32,000 bases of DNA from positions 60,001-92,000 of the forward strand of contig JBAQRV010000001.1 in assembly GCA_049296095.1 (NCBI GenBank). Direction: 5' to 3'. Positions 21,753-31,366 of the stretch are shown piece by piece; the stretch's first letter is position 1, and the number at the start of each line of letters is the position of its first letter. The notes below the pieces were generated by a model. It was given only the letters and a program-made list of their open reading frames with translations, was not told the origin of the DNA and did not search any database. Position numbers and translations under genes: made by a program. Source of the stretch: Candidatus Saccharimonadota bacterium. GTDB lineage: Bacteria > Patescibacteriota > Saccharimonadia > Saccharimonadales > Saccharimonadaceae.

Positions 21753-24235
21753 TTATATCTGTAAACTGGCTCAAAAAATTTGTAGACATCGATGTCACTA
21801 TCGATGAACTAGCGACGCTGATTGGCGAGCGTTTGGTTGAGATTGAGAGTGTCGAAGACATCGGTGCGAAATATAAAGATGTATTAGTTGTGAAGGTTGT
21901 CGAATGTAAAGCCGTTGAAGGCTCTGATCATTTGAGTGTCACTAAGATTGATGACGGTGGCAAAGCTGAAGGTGTTGAACGCGATGCCAATGGGTTGGTC
22001 CAGGTTGTCTGTGGTGCGCCGAATGTCCATGAGGGAATGTTAGCCGCTTGGCTCCCGCCTGCTTCGACTGTTCCGGAAACATTTGGCGATAAAGAACCAT
22101 TTATCTTGGCGTCCAAAGAACTACGCGGACTTATGAGTAATGGCATGCTGGCAAGTGCCAAAGAACTTGATCTTTATGATGACCACTCTGGGATTATTGA
22201 AATTGATAAGGACGCAAAACCTGGCTCGAGCTTCGCTGAGCTATATGAACTTAACGATTACCTGCTTGATATTGAGAACAAATCATTAACCCATCGGCCA
22301 GATGCCTTTGGGGTGATTGGCTTTGCCCGTGAGATTGCTGGTATTCAAGGTAAGCAATTCAGAACACCAGAATGGTTGTTTGACCTCGAGGCTACCTTAC
22401 AATCTGACGGTTCTGTCGAGACGCCGACCGTGACGATTGATGATCCGTCATTATCTGATCGTTTCCAAGCAATTGTTCTAACTGACGCCGATGAAGGTGC
22501 ACAATCACCGCTTGAAATACAGACCTACCTGGCTCGCAGTGGTATCCGCCCGATTAGCGCGGTTGTTGACGTGACGAATTATATGATGCTGCTGACGGGA
22601 CGCCCATTGCATGCTTATGACTATGACAAGATCCTGAAGGTTGCGGGTGGCAAAGCAGACATTCATGTTCGTTCGGCTCGAAAAGACGAAACCTTGAAGC
22701 TGCTCGATGGTAAGGTTATTGCACTTGATGAAGAGGATATTGTCATTGCCGCAGGTGACACCGCCATTGGTCTGGCTGGGGCAATGGGGGGCTTTGACAC
22801 TGAAATTGATAGCTCAACCAAGCGGATCTTGTTGGAGTGTGCGACCTTTAATCTCTACAAGCTGCGTAATATGCAGATGCGCCACGGCATTTTCACCGAA
22901 GCAATTACTCGCCTCACGAAAGGTCAGCCAGCGGCCCTTGGAACGCCTGTTTTGATCGAGTCTGTCAAAATGATGATGAAATTCGCGGGAGCGAAAGTTG
23001 CATCGGACATAGCTGATGATTATCCAGGCAAACACGACCCAATTGTGATTCCGATCCACGAAACAATCGTTAATGACATATTAGGGACGCAATTTGCGGC
23101 CGAAGACATAAAATTGATACTTGAGAATGTGGAATTTAACGTGTCTGTCGATGGCCTTGATGCGAGCGTCACTGTGCCTTATTGGCGTAATGACATTCAT
23201 ATTGCCGAGGATCTTGTCGAAGAGGTTGGGCGTCTGTCTGGCTTTGATACGATTAACTTAACGTCACCGAGTCGTGATTTTACCGCAGTCATGCCTGATG
23301 AATTTGATCAGCTTCGAGCTGGACTTCGTGATACTTTGGTTCGAGCTGGTGCCAATGAAGTGTTGACCTATAATTTCATCCACGGTGACGTGATGAAAAA
23401 GGCTGGCCAGAATCCTGATCAGGCCTACCGACTGACTAATAGCCTCAGCCCTGAATTGCAATACTACCGCCAAAGCCTGACGCCAAGCTTGCTTCAAAAT
23501 ATTCACCCAAATATTAAAGCTGGCTACGATCACTTTGCTTTATTTGAACTGAACAAGTTCCATACCAAAATCCACGATGTGAACGAAGAAGGTGTGCCAA
23601 AAGAACTCGATGGCCTGACATTTGTGGTTGCTCGCAATAAGAAAACCAAAGGTAGTGCCTACTATGAAGCCAAGCAGTACCTTGATTATATTGCGAATAC
23701 TCTTGGTCTCGAGTTTACCTACGAGCCTTTAGAAGAAAAGTCTGACTATCCTGTGACGCAACCATTCGAGCCAAAGCGTAGTGCGAGGGTTTGGGATGCG
23801 CAAACACACGAAAGAATTGGTGTTATCGGTGAGTTTAAACGATCAGTCCAAAAGGCCTTTAAACTCCCTGACTATACAGCTGGATTTGAGATCGCAACGC
23901 AATCGCTCTTGAAGGCGACTGCAACTCTCGAGCCATCATATCAACCACTCAGTAAATACCCAGGTACTGAAAGGGATATTACTTTCCAAGTAACGACCAA
24001 CGTTACCTACCAGCAGATTATCGATAGTGCCAAGCAGCGTTTGGCGATGACCGATTTGATCACTTCAATTGAGCCGCTTGATCTTTATCAACCAGAGACA
24101 GGTGACACTAAGAATATTACGATTCGAGTAAAGCTTGCCTCATATGACAAAACGCTTTCCAGTGATGAGACTGCAACTATTGTCGATCAAGTAAGCGAGG
24201 CTGTGACATCGGACCTCGGCGCAAAAGTCATCTAG
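21749..24235 (+). CDS. pheT: phenylalanyl-tRNA synthetase beta subunit
   Basis: 828 aa. N-terminal tRNA-binding OB fold (MIISVNWLK...VVCGAPNV), then B3/4, B5 and a C-terminal FDX-ACB-like region (ERDITF). Confidence 0.95.
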   Translation: MIISVNWLKKFVDIDVTIDELATLIGERLVEIESVEDIGAKYKDVLVVKVVECKAVEGSDHLSVTKIDDGGKAEGVERDANGLVQVVCGAPNVHEGMLAAWLPPASTVPETFGDKEPFILASKELRGLMSNGMLASAKELDLYDDHSGIIEIDKDAKPGSSFAELYELNDYLLDIENKSLTHRPDAFGVIGFAREIAGIQGKQFRTPEWLFDLEATLQSDGSVETPTVTIDDPSLSDRFQAIVLTDADEGAQSPLEIQTYLARSGIRPISAVVDVTNYMMLLTGRPLHAYDYDKILKVAGGKADIHVRSARKDETLKLLDGKVIALDEEDIVIAAGDTAIGLAGAMGGFDTEIDSSTKRILLECATFNLYKLRNMQMRHGIFTEAITRLTKGQPAALGTPVLIESVKMMMKFAGAKVASDIADDYPGKHDPIVIPIHETIVNDILGTQFAAEDIKLILENVEFNVSVDGLDASVTVPYWRNDIHIAEDLVEEVGRLSGFDTINLTSPSRDFTAVMPDEFDQLRAGLRDTLVRAGANEVLTYNFIHGDVMKKAGQNPDQAYRLTNSLSPELQYYRQSLTPSLLQNIHPNIKAGYDHFALFELNKFHTKIHDVNEEGVPKELDGLTFVVARNKKTKGSAYYEAKQYLDYIANTLGLEFTYEPLEEKSDYPVTQPFEPKRSARVWDAQTHERIGVIGEFKRSVQKAFKLPDYTAGFEIATQSLLKATATLEPSYQPLSKYPGTERDITFQVTTNVTYQQIIDSAKQRLAMTDLITSIEPLDLYQPETGDTKNITIRVKLASYDKTLSSDETATIVDQVSEAVTSDLGAKVI

Positions 24236-24276
24236 CATCTGGTATAATAGAAACAGATTTTAACGGGGAGACAGAA

Positions 24277-24942
24277 GTGGCTACGAAACGCTCGCAGCGA
24301 ATTGCAATTTGGGTGATTGCCATCACGATGGCCGTCGGAACGATTGGTTCGTTCTTGATTATTATTTTGCAGAATAATAATCAGCAGACTGATACGGCGA
24401 AATTGAACGACTTGATGAGTGCTTACCAAAAGGAAGTTGACGCCTATCAAGAAAAGGTGAATGCTCAAGCAGCTGAGTTATCTCAGGTGTATTTCACAGA
24501 ATTTAATCAGTACAGCTCACGACCAGCTGTCTGGGATGCAGCGAGCGCGACAGAGCTAAAAAAGGAAGATCTCAAGATCGGTGACGGTGAAGAGATTACT
24601 GCAGACTCCAGTTTTAGTGCTTATTACATCGGATGGACGCCGGACGGAAATGTGTTCGACGGTTCAATTAACGGCGATGCTTTGAAAGCACCATTTGCTG
24701 TGACACCCGGTGGAGTGATCCAGGGGTGGACGGATGGCGTGATCGGAATGAAAGTTGGCGGTGTGCGAGAGCTCACTATCCCTTCAGACTTAGCATATGG
24801 CGAGACGGGGAGTGGTGAGACGATTGCTCCAAACACGCCGCTCAAGTTTGTTATCATGATTATTCCGACTCCAGAGGCGATTCCAGAACCCCAACCTTCG
24901 GCCGAATTGATCAAACTGTACACACAATCACAAGGACAATAA
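24277..24942 (+). CDS. FKBP-type peptidyl-prolyl cis-trans isomerase, N-terminally membrane-anchored
   Basis: FKBP core VFDGS...FAVTPGGVIQGWTDGVIGMKVGGVRELTIPSDLAYGE...PLKFVI. GTG start with a GGGGAG SD, and TGgTATAAT upstream. Confidence 0.9.
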   Translation: MATKRSQRIAIWVIAITMAVGTIGSFLIIILQNNNQQTDTAKLNDLMSAYQKEVDAYQEKVNAQAAELSQVYFTEFNQYSSRPAVWDAASATELKKEDLKIGDGEEITADSSFSAYYIGWTPDGNVFDGSINGDALKAPFAVTPGGVIQGWTDGVIGMKVGGVRELTIPSDLAYGETGSGETIAPNTPLKFVIMIIPTPEAIPEPQPSAELIKLYTQSQGQ

Positions 24943-24983
24943 TATAGCGCTTATGCTATACTTAATATAGTAAGGAAATAAAG

Positions 24984-25919
24984 ATGAGCAAAGAAATACG
25001 AGATGTCATTATGATAGGTGCTGGCCCAAGCGCTCTTGCGGCCGCGATATACACCACTCGTGAAGATATCGATACTGTGTTGTATGAAAAGGCGACTATT
25101 GGTGGCCTGGCTGCGATTACTGATGTGGTTGATAACTACCCTGGGTTTGCTGATGGCGTTGAAGGATTGACATTAGCAGGTCATCTTGAGAAACAAGCCG
25201 AACGCTTTGGTGCACAGATCGAATTCGGTGACGTGACGGCAGTTCGTGACGAAGGAGACGTCAAGGTGGTTACTGTCGATGGAGCCGAAGTAAAGGCTAA
25301 AACCGTCCTTATCGCGACCGGAAGTGATTACAAGAAAATCGATGTTCCTGGTGAAAAGGAATACTACGGCCGAGGTGTCCATTATTGTGCAACCTGCGAC
25401 GGTGCTTTTTACCGTGACAAGAAAATGGTGGTTGTTGGTGGTGGTAATTCGGCTCTGCAGGAAGCATTATTCCTTACTCGCTATGCAAGCCACATCGACC
25501 TTCTTGTTCGCAGCACTATAAAAGCGAGCGAAGTCTTGCAGCATGAACTTAAAAAATATGTCGATGAGGGTAAAGTGACAGTTCACCTCGATACGACCGT
25601 TGAAGAGATTGTCGCGACCGATGGTCGAGTGAGCTCGATCAAAATTATTACAAAGGGCAAACCTGCTGAAATTGAAGCGCCAGCAATCTTTGTGTTTGTC
25701 GGTCTCATGCCGAACACGCAGTTCCTTGAGGGCAGCGGTATCGAACTTGATGAGATTGGCTTGATTAAAACTGATAAGCACCTCCAGACCAACATCAAGG
25801 GTATCTTTGCGAGTGGTGATGTCCGTAGTGGTGCGACGATGCAAATCGCCAGTGCGGTGGGTGAGGGCGCAACTGCGGCGCTTTCGATTCGTGAGTATCT
25901 TGACGAATTAAATCGCTAA
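24984..25919 (+). CDS. trxB: thioredoxin-disulfide reductase
   Basis: FAD motif IGAGPSALAAAIY, redox-active CATCDG, NAD(P)H motif VVGGGNSALQEA and C-terminal GIFASGDV. Confidence 0.9.
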   Translation: MSKEIRDVIMIGAGPSALAAAIYTTREDIDTVLYEKATIGGLAAITDVVDNYPGFADGVEGLTLAGHLEKQAERFGAQIEFGDVTAVRDEGDVKVVTVDGAEVKAKTVLIATGSDYKKIDVPGEKEYYGRGVHYCATCDGAFYRDKKMVVVGGGNSALQEALFLTRYASHIDLLVRSTIKASEVLQHELKKYVDEGKVTVHLDTTVEEIVATDGRVSSIKIITKGKPAEIEAPAIFVFVGLMPNTQFLEGSGIELDEIGLIKTDKHLQTNIKGIFASGDVRSGATMQIASAVGEGATAALSIREYLDELNR

Positions 25920-26902
25920 CGAACTCGGCTTTCGTAGAAGGACCTGAGCTGTGAGATCACAGCCGGGTCTTTTGTTTCCAGGGCTATTTCCCGAGTTCCG
26001 AGTGTGACGCCCGTGAAGGCAAAGTTGTGCGAGCCAGTTAGGGCGACCTCGTGTCCGTCAGGCATGGTAAAGATAATAAATTTGGCGTGTAAGTACGGTT
26101 TATTCTTGCTGTAGTGAGTCTTGAGTCCACTTCGAAAGATACTCCACTGGATGAACAGGCGGTTCACACCTCGCGCTTTGTCGGGAGTATTGAAATAGAA
26201 CTTTGTTTTCTTGGTTTTTAAGATACGAGCGAGCTTTCCTGTCGGGCAGTACTGGGAAACATAGAGTACTTTTTCGGCATCGCGAGCTAATTCACAAGCA
26301 CGACGATAGATAATGGATTGAGTAATAATCCCGCCATCAATCAGCACCGAGTCTCCCCCTAGTTCGTGGGTGACGCTAGGATAGTTCGTAGAGTTGCGCT
26401 CGGCCTTTTGAATACGACCTTGTTCGTATGCCAAACGATCCGCCAGAGCTGCATTTTCGGTTTTAAACATATAATCGACGTTGTGGATGCCACCCTCATA
26501 CATATTGACGCCACCGAAGACATAACACGTGTCATCAACGACACACCATTTACTATGGGTGCGACCGTTAAAGATGGTCATGCGAGCTCTTCCTAGCCAG
26601 TGAAACTTTACTCCCGCAGCACGTAATGTCTTTACCATCTTTGTGACGAGCTTGGCGTTTGGACTGTTGTAGCGTAGGGGCAGGAAGCTACCGCTAATCT
26701 CGCCGTAGGTGAAAATGTCGGCTGCAACAGTAACGGGTATGCCGCGCCTAGCCGCCGCTTCGAGCTCACTGATAAGCTCATGGGTCGCGGGGTGATCGGC
26801 GATGACTAATGAAACAAGGAAGACGCGCTTGGTTGCCTTGCGGATGTCGGCAGCTGCTTGCTTTACATAGTCAGGTGGTAAAAGTAATTTCATAATGTCC
26901 AT
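25916..26902 (-). CDS. phospholipase D-like (HKD superfamily) protein
   Basis: First HKD motif HSKWCVVDD. The second is a variant, LHAKFIIFT...GSHNF, with Thr at the Asp position. Confidence 0.8.
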   Translation of the reverse strand: MDIMKLLLPPDYVKQAAADIRKATKRVFLVSLVIADHPATHELISELEAAARRGIPVTVAADIFTYGEISGSFLPLRYNSPNAKLVTKMVKTLRAAGVKFHWLGRARMTIFNGRTHSKWCVVDDTCYVFGGVNMYEGGIHNVDYMFKTENAALADRLAYEQGRIQKAERNSTNYPSVTHELGGDSVLIDGGIITQSIIYRRACELARDAEKVLYVSQYCPTGKLARILKTKKTKFYFNTPDKARGVNRLFIQWSIFRSGLKTHYSKNKPYLHAKFIIFTMPDGHEVALTGSHNFAFTGVTLGTREIALETKDPAVISQLRSFYESRVR

Positions 26903-26971
26903 TAGTGATTATATCTCTGTTCGTGTAAAAACTGATAAAATAGAGCTAAGAAGAATAACAAGGAGAATATA

Positions 26972-27496
26972 ATGGCAGATTTTAATAAAATCCTGACGCC
27001 CGGTGATGTTGATAATGGTGTCGTGAATGTGGTGATTGAGATTCCAGCAGGAAGTAATCAAAAAATTGAATGGAACCGCGAAAAAGCTGCCTTTCAACTT
27101 GACCGTGTCGAGCCAGTTATCTTTGCGAAACCGACGAACTACGGCTTTATTCCCCAAACATTGGACGAAGATGGTGACGAGCTTGATGTATTAGCGATCA
27201 CTGATCAGCCACTGACGACTGGTATTTTCCTCGAGGGTAAGATTATTGGTGTTCTGAAATTTGAAGATGACGGTGAAGTCGATGACAAGATCGTTGTCGT
27301 GCCAGCCGATGACCGCAATACAGGTAACGCAATTAACTCACTTGATGATCTGAGTGACCAGTTGAAGAAGCAAATCGAGCATCACTTTGCTCACTACAAA
27401 GACTTGAAAAAACCTGGCAGCACTATCGTTAAGGGTTGGGGTGATATCGAAGAGGCCAAGAAGATTGTGCACGAGGCGATTGAACGCTGGGCGTAA
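26972..27496 (+). CDS. ppa: inorganic pyrophosphatase (family I)
   Basis: EIPAGS..K.E, YGFIPQTL.EDGDELDVL and DDKIVVVPADD motifs, with an AAGGAG SD. Confidence 0.95.
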   Translation: MADFNKILTPGDVDNGVVNVVIEIPAGSNQKIEWNREKAAFQLDRVEPVIFAKPTNYGFIPQTLDEDGDELDVLAITDQPLTTGIFLEGKIIGVLKFEDDGEVDDKIVVVPADDRNTGNAINSLDDLSDQLKKQIEHHFAHYKDLKKPGSTIVKGWGDIEEAKKIVHEAIERWA

Positions 27497-27912
27497 TGGC
27501 TAAATACCGCTCGGCAAAAGTACTCATATTTGACGCTGATGGACATGTATTGGTTCTTCGTCGAAGTGGAACTCATCCAACAGCTGCTTTCGAGCCCGAT
27601 CTGCCTGGAGGTATGATTGAGACTGGCGAGAGCCATGAGAGAGGGGTGGTACGCGAAATCTTCGAAGAAACTCGTCTCCTTGTTGATCCTGGACAATTGA
27701 GACGGGTAGACATAACGCGGCGACCGTTCGCGATCATGCAGCGCGCTCTTTTCGTCGCTCATCTCGATCAGGTACGTCCAAGTATTGAAATAAGTTGGGA
27801 ACACGACGAGTATAGCTGGATCCCGATTGAGTCAATTACGAAACTCGAGCAACCAGTGCAAAAGCGACTGAACAAGATCATTAAGAAAAAGTTACACAAA
27901 AAGAAACTTTAA
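27496..27912 (+). CDS. NUDIX hydrolase (second copy, variant box)
   Basis: Nudix box GGMIETGESHERGVVREIFEETRL, with Arg replacing the usual Gly in EExGU. The start overlaps the ppa stop (TAATG). Confidence 0.8.
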   Translation: MAKYRSAKVLIFDADGHVLVLRRSGTHPTAAFEPDLPGGMIETGESHERGVVREIFEETRLLVDPGQLRRVDITRRPFAIMQRALFVAHLDQVRPSIEISWEHDEYSWIPIESITKLEQPVQKRLNKIIKKKLHKKKL

Positions 27913-28580
27913 CGCATCATGGCGACCACTACATGGTCGCCATCTTTTTTTCGATTGCCTTTCAAGAATTCACTGTATGAATAATAGTTAACGTCTTTGG
28001 TAGAGTCAGCGGGATTGTCGGTAATATTCTCGGGTAAGATCCCCGCTATTGAGAGTTGCTCAAAGGTTACTTCTTTCATGCCTTTATTATCCAACTTCCA
28101 AATAGGGTAAGCATCCTTGCCAGGTGCTGGGGTGAGCCATACTTTTAGGTCTTTCGGATCACAGCCGTACTTTTCTTTGAGATAGGCGACTGATTTGATG
28201 CCGCCGCCCTGCTCGAGGCTGTGGCGGCCGAGGTGACTGACCATCAGGACTTGCTTCTTCGGGTCATACAAGACTGCTCCAACACAATCGGCAACGGGGA
28301 GAAACAATGCGTGGTTGAGGTTTGTTGTGACGAGGCCGTCGGAGATAGCCACTTGATCATCCTTCATACCGTCGCCCTTTTCTGCCTCAGTTGCCTCTTT
28401 GTATCGACAATAGTTATCGCCCTCATAGAGCGTCCTGACCCGTGTTGTTTGTTCGAGAGAAATGTGATGTTTCTTGAGGAATACTTCACGATTATGAATC
28501 ACGGAAGCATCCGCTTTGTCGTGACGATTATACATGCTGCCATCGGCAACGGTCGAAATAGCAACAAGGATATCGGTCAT
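27909..28580 (-). CDS. pgeF: YfiH/PgeF-family (DUF152, laccase-domain) protein
   Basis: ADCVGAVLYDP...VSHLGRHSL corresponds to the family ADC.P....D......HAGWRG block. It is translationally coupled to rel (TAATG). Confidence 0.8.
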   Translation of the reverse strand: MTDILVAISTVADGSMYNRHDKADASVIHNREVFLKKHHISLEQTTRVRTLYEGDNYCRYKEATEAEKGDGMKDDQVAISDGLVTTNLNHALFLPVADCVGAVLYDPKKQVLMVSHLGRHSLEQGGGIKSVAYLKEKYGCDPKDLKVWLTPAPGKDAYPIWKLDNKGMKEVTFEQLSIAGILPENITDNPADSTKDVNYYSYSEFLKGNRKKDGDHVVVAMMR

Positions 28581-30115
28581 TATTTCTTCTTTTTCAGTAA
28601 TGTCTTTTGTCGGATAATTGCCGCTGCAGCTGTAATACCCTCTATGATGCCGAGTTGGCGGAGTTGTGAGCGTAACTTACTCCGGGCATGACTAGTAGTG
28701 ACCTGGTCTAGCCATGACTGTTTCGGACTGGCTGTCTTGCGGGTCAGCACCTCGACGACATCGCCGTTTTGGAGGGGTTTATCAAAAGGATGGATCGAGC
28801 CGTTGGTTTTAAAGCCGTAGGCGTGTTTGCCGACATCGCTGTGGACGAGGTAGGCGAAGTCAAGCGGCAGAGCACCTTCAGGTAGATTGTAAATGTCGCC
28901 CTTTGGTGAGTAAACAAAGATACGGTTGCTAAATAAATCAATATTCAACTGGTCGGTCGTAATATCCTCGCCACTTCGGAGGTTGCTGGCAATTTCTTGA
29001 AGCTGGGTGATCCACTGCATATTAGCTGGCAGAACTGAGGATTTTTTGCGGACATAATCCTTCGAATCTTTTTGTTCGTGATAATGGAAGCTCGCAGCTA
29101 ACCCGCGCTCAGCGAATTCGTGCATCTCGTAGGTACGGATCTGGAATTCAATGATTTGTTTTGTCGGCGTAATGACCGTTGTGTGAAGACTCTGATAACC
29201 ATTAGGCTTTGGGGCGGCAATGTAATCCTTGATACGAGCGATCATCGGCTGATAGAGCGTATGCAGGATACCGAGAACGCGGTAGCAATCTTCTTTTGAG
29301 TTCACAATGATACGGAGCGCCATCAAATCGTAGATATCGTCGATGTTGCCATCAACTTTTTGTAATTTCTTATATAAACTATAAATGCTTTTGACGCGGC
29401 CGTTAATTTCAAAGCTAATACCTTCGGCCTTGAGGGCTTTCTCGACCTCTTCGCGTACGGCTCCGAGCTTTCGAGTACTTTTACCGAGACGTTTTCGGAT
29501 TAAGTTATGGAGCTTTCGATATTCGTTCGGGTCGAGGTAGCTAAAGGCCTTCTCCTCGATCTGCATACGTACCCGTCCCATACCTAATCGGTCCGCCATT
29601 GGTCCAAAGACCTCCAGGCTTTCGCGAGCAATCTTTAACTGTTTTTCCTTTGGCATGTGTTGGAGTGTTTCGAGATTGTGGAGACGGTCAGCGAGTTTAA
29701 TGATAATGACACGGACATCTTGGCCGACAGCGATGAGGAGCTTTGACAGGTTGTCTTTGGTCTGCGGAAGATATTCGGCAAGATCCTGCATACCAGCGCG
29801 GGCTTGGGAAACCTTGGTAACGCCATCGACCAGGAAGGCGACGTCTTTGCCGAATAATGTCTCGATCTTTTCGAGCGTCATGTCAGTGTCCTCGACGGTG
29901 TCGTGCATCACACCAGCGATGACGCTGTCGATGTCCATGCCCCATTCAATGAGTGTGTGAGCAACGGCGAGAGGGTGGATGATGTACGGCTCGCCGCTAC
30001 GGCGCTTTTGGCCTTTGTGGGCAGCGGTCGCAATATCGACGGCATGTTCCAGCTCGAGCAGTTGCTCTTTTTCGTAGTAGGGCTTGGCGTTCTCGAGGAG
30101 AGTCTCTTTTTTCAT
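28580..30115 (-). CDS. rel: bifunctional (p)ppGpp synthetase/hydrolase, short RelA/SpoT homologue (HD-SYNTH-TGS, no C-terminal ZFD/ACT)
   Basis: HD hydrolase motifs (HPLAVA, HDTVEDT), synthetase blocks (GRVKSIYSLYKKL, YDLMALRIIV, PKPNGYQSLHTTV, EFQIRT.EMH) and TGS (IFVYSPKGDIYNLPEGALPLDFAY...NGDVVEVLT). It ends about 50 aa after TGS. Confidence 0.95.
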   Translation of the reverse strand: MKKETLLENAKPYYEKEQLLELEHAVDIATAAHKGQKRRSGEPYIIHPLAVAHTLIEWGMDIDSVIAGVMHDTVEDTDMTLEKIETLFGKDVAFLVDGVTKVSQARAGMQDLAEYLPQTKDNLSKLLIAVGQDVRVIIIKLADRLHNLETLQHMPKEKQLKIARESLEVFGPMADRLGMGRVRMQIEEKAFSYLDPNEYRKLHNLIRKRLGKSTRKLGAVREEVEKALKAEGISFEINGRVKSIYSLYKKLQKVDGNIDDIYDLMALRIIVNSKEDCYRVLGILHTLYQPMIARIKDYIAAPKPNGYQSLHTTVITPTKQIIEFQIRTYEMHEFAERGLAASFHYHEQKDSKDYVRKKSSVLPANMQWITQLQEIASNLRSGEDITTDQLNIDLFSNRIFVYSPKGDIYNLPEGALPLDFAYLVHSDVGKHAYGFKTNGSIHPFDKPLQNGDVVEVLTRKTASPKQSWLDQVTTSHARSKLRSQLRQLGIIEGITAAAAIIRQKTLLKKKK

Positions 30116-30149
30116 AACCCTTTTAGTATACGATACGAGGGTTATGTGG

Positions 30150-30158
30150 TGATATAGT
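30150..30158 (+). promoter_or_regulatory. extended -10 element of a short plus-strand unit upstream of gap
   Basis: TGaTATAGT at 30150-30158. Confidence 0.4.
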
Positions 30159-30208
30159 AATGATGGAATGAAAGGAGTTGTTCATGGACAGCGAGTAATT
30201 CCAAGATC

Positions 30209-30270
30209 CCCCGGGAGTTGGTGACCTAGCGTCCTGGCTCCCGGGGCTTTCCCTTTTGACTTGGTTTTTA
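30209..30270 (+). terminator. GC hairpin plus T-rich tail (terminator/attenuator-like) upstream of the gap promoter
   Basis: CCCCGGGAG (30209-30217) pairs with CTCCCGGGG (30238-30246) around a 20-nt loop, followed by CTTTCCCTTTTGACTTGGTTTTT. Confidence 0.45.
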
Positions 30271-30283
30271 AAACGTATATACT
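30256..30283 (+). promoter_or_regulatory. sigma70-type promoter of gap
   Basis: TTGACT (30256-30261), 16-nt spacer, TATACT (30278-30283). The SD AAGGGGAG precedes ATG 30322. Confidence 0.6.
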
Positions 30284-30321
30284 GAAAGAGATTATGGTAA
30301 GTATCTTAAGGGGAGTGGGCA

Positions 30322-31341
30322 ATGGCTAAAACGAAAATTGGTATTAACGGCTTTGGGCGGATCGGACGCAATGCGTTCAAGATTGCTTTTGACCGTAGTG
30401 ACATTGAAATTGTCGCAATTAATGATTTGACTGACACAAAAACACTGGCATATCTTTTGCAGCATGACAGTAACTACGGTGCTTATAAGAATAAAGTCAC
30501 CTTTGACGAGACGGGGATTATCGTGAACGACCAGCACATTACAGTGTTGGCTGAAAAAGATCCCGGCGCCCTCCCTTGGGGTGATTTAGGAGTTGAACTC
30601 GTCATTGAATCGACTGGTCGCTTCACCGATAAGGAATCGGCTGAGCTTCATATCAAGGCCGGCGCAAAGCGCGTGGTCATTAGTGGTCCGACCAAGAGTG
30701 ACGGTGTCGATACAATCGTCCTTGGTGCGAACGAGGACAAGATTGAGGGCTCAAGTCAGGTGATTAGTAATGCTAGCTGTACAACTAACTCTTTGGGTAT
30801 GGTTATGGCAATCTTGGACGCCGAATTTGGTGTTGAAAAATCGCTGCTCACTACCGTTCATAGCTATACTGCTAGCCAGGCCTTACAGGACGCTCCTTCA
30901 AAGGATCTCCGTGAAGGTCGCAATGCGGCTGAGAACATTGTTCCAACTACCACTGGTGCGGCGATTGCGGTGACAAAAACGCTTCCGCAATTAACTGGTA
31001 AGTTTGACGGCCTCAGCATTCGAGTCCCGACGCCAGTTGTTTCGATTAGTGATGTTACCGTCCTCTTGGGCCGCGATACCACTGTAGAAGAAATTAATAA
31101 TGTGTTTAAGAAGGCTTCAGCTGAACCGTTTTATCAAGGAATCTTGGGAGTCAGTGAAGAACCGCTCGTCAGCCGCGATTATATCGGCAATAGCTATTCA
31201 GGTGTAGTAGATCTCCTTTTAACTAAAGTTGTCGGTGGTAATCTCGCCAAGATCATGGTGTGGTACGACAACGAGTGGGGCTACAGTAACCGTTTAGTGG
31301 AACTTGTCGCTGACATCGGAAAAACCTTGCAGAAACAGTAG
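30322..31341 (+). CDS. gap: glyceraldehyde-3-phosphate dehydrogenase (type I)
   Basis: GINGFGRIGR, active site SNASCTTN and WYDNEWGYS. Confidence 0.95.
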   Translation: MAKTKIGINGFGRIGRNAFKIAFDRSDIEIVAINDLTDTKTLAYLLQHDSNYGAYKNKVTFDETGIIVNDQHITVLAEKDPGALPWGDLGVELVIESTGRFTDKESAELHIKAGAKRVVISGPTKSDGVDTIVLGANEDKIEGSSQVISNASCTTNSLGMVMAILDAEFGVEKSLLTTVHSYTASQALQDAPSKDLREGRNAAENIVPTTTGAAIAVTKTLPQLTGKFDGLSIRVPTPVVSISDVTVLLGRDTTVEEINNVFKKASAEPFYQGILGVSEEPLVSRDYIGNSYSGVVDLLLTKVVGGNLAKIMVWYDNEWGYSNRLVELVADIGKTLQKQ

Positions 31342-31366
31342 TATAACGCTTATACTTAGGGGTACT

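Noticed and set aside
28221-28691. 156-aa plus-strand ORF spanning the pgeF/rel junction
   Set aside because: It is antisense to two motif-supported, translationally coupled genes and has no signals of its own. Shadow ORF.
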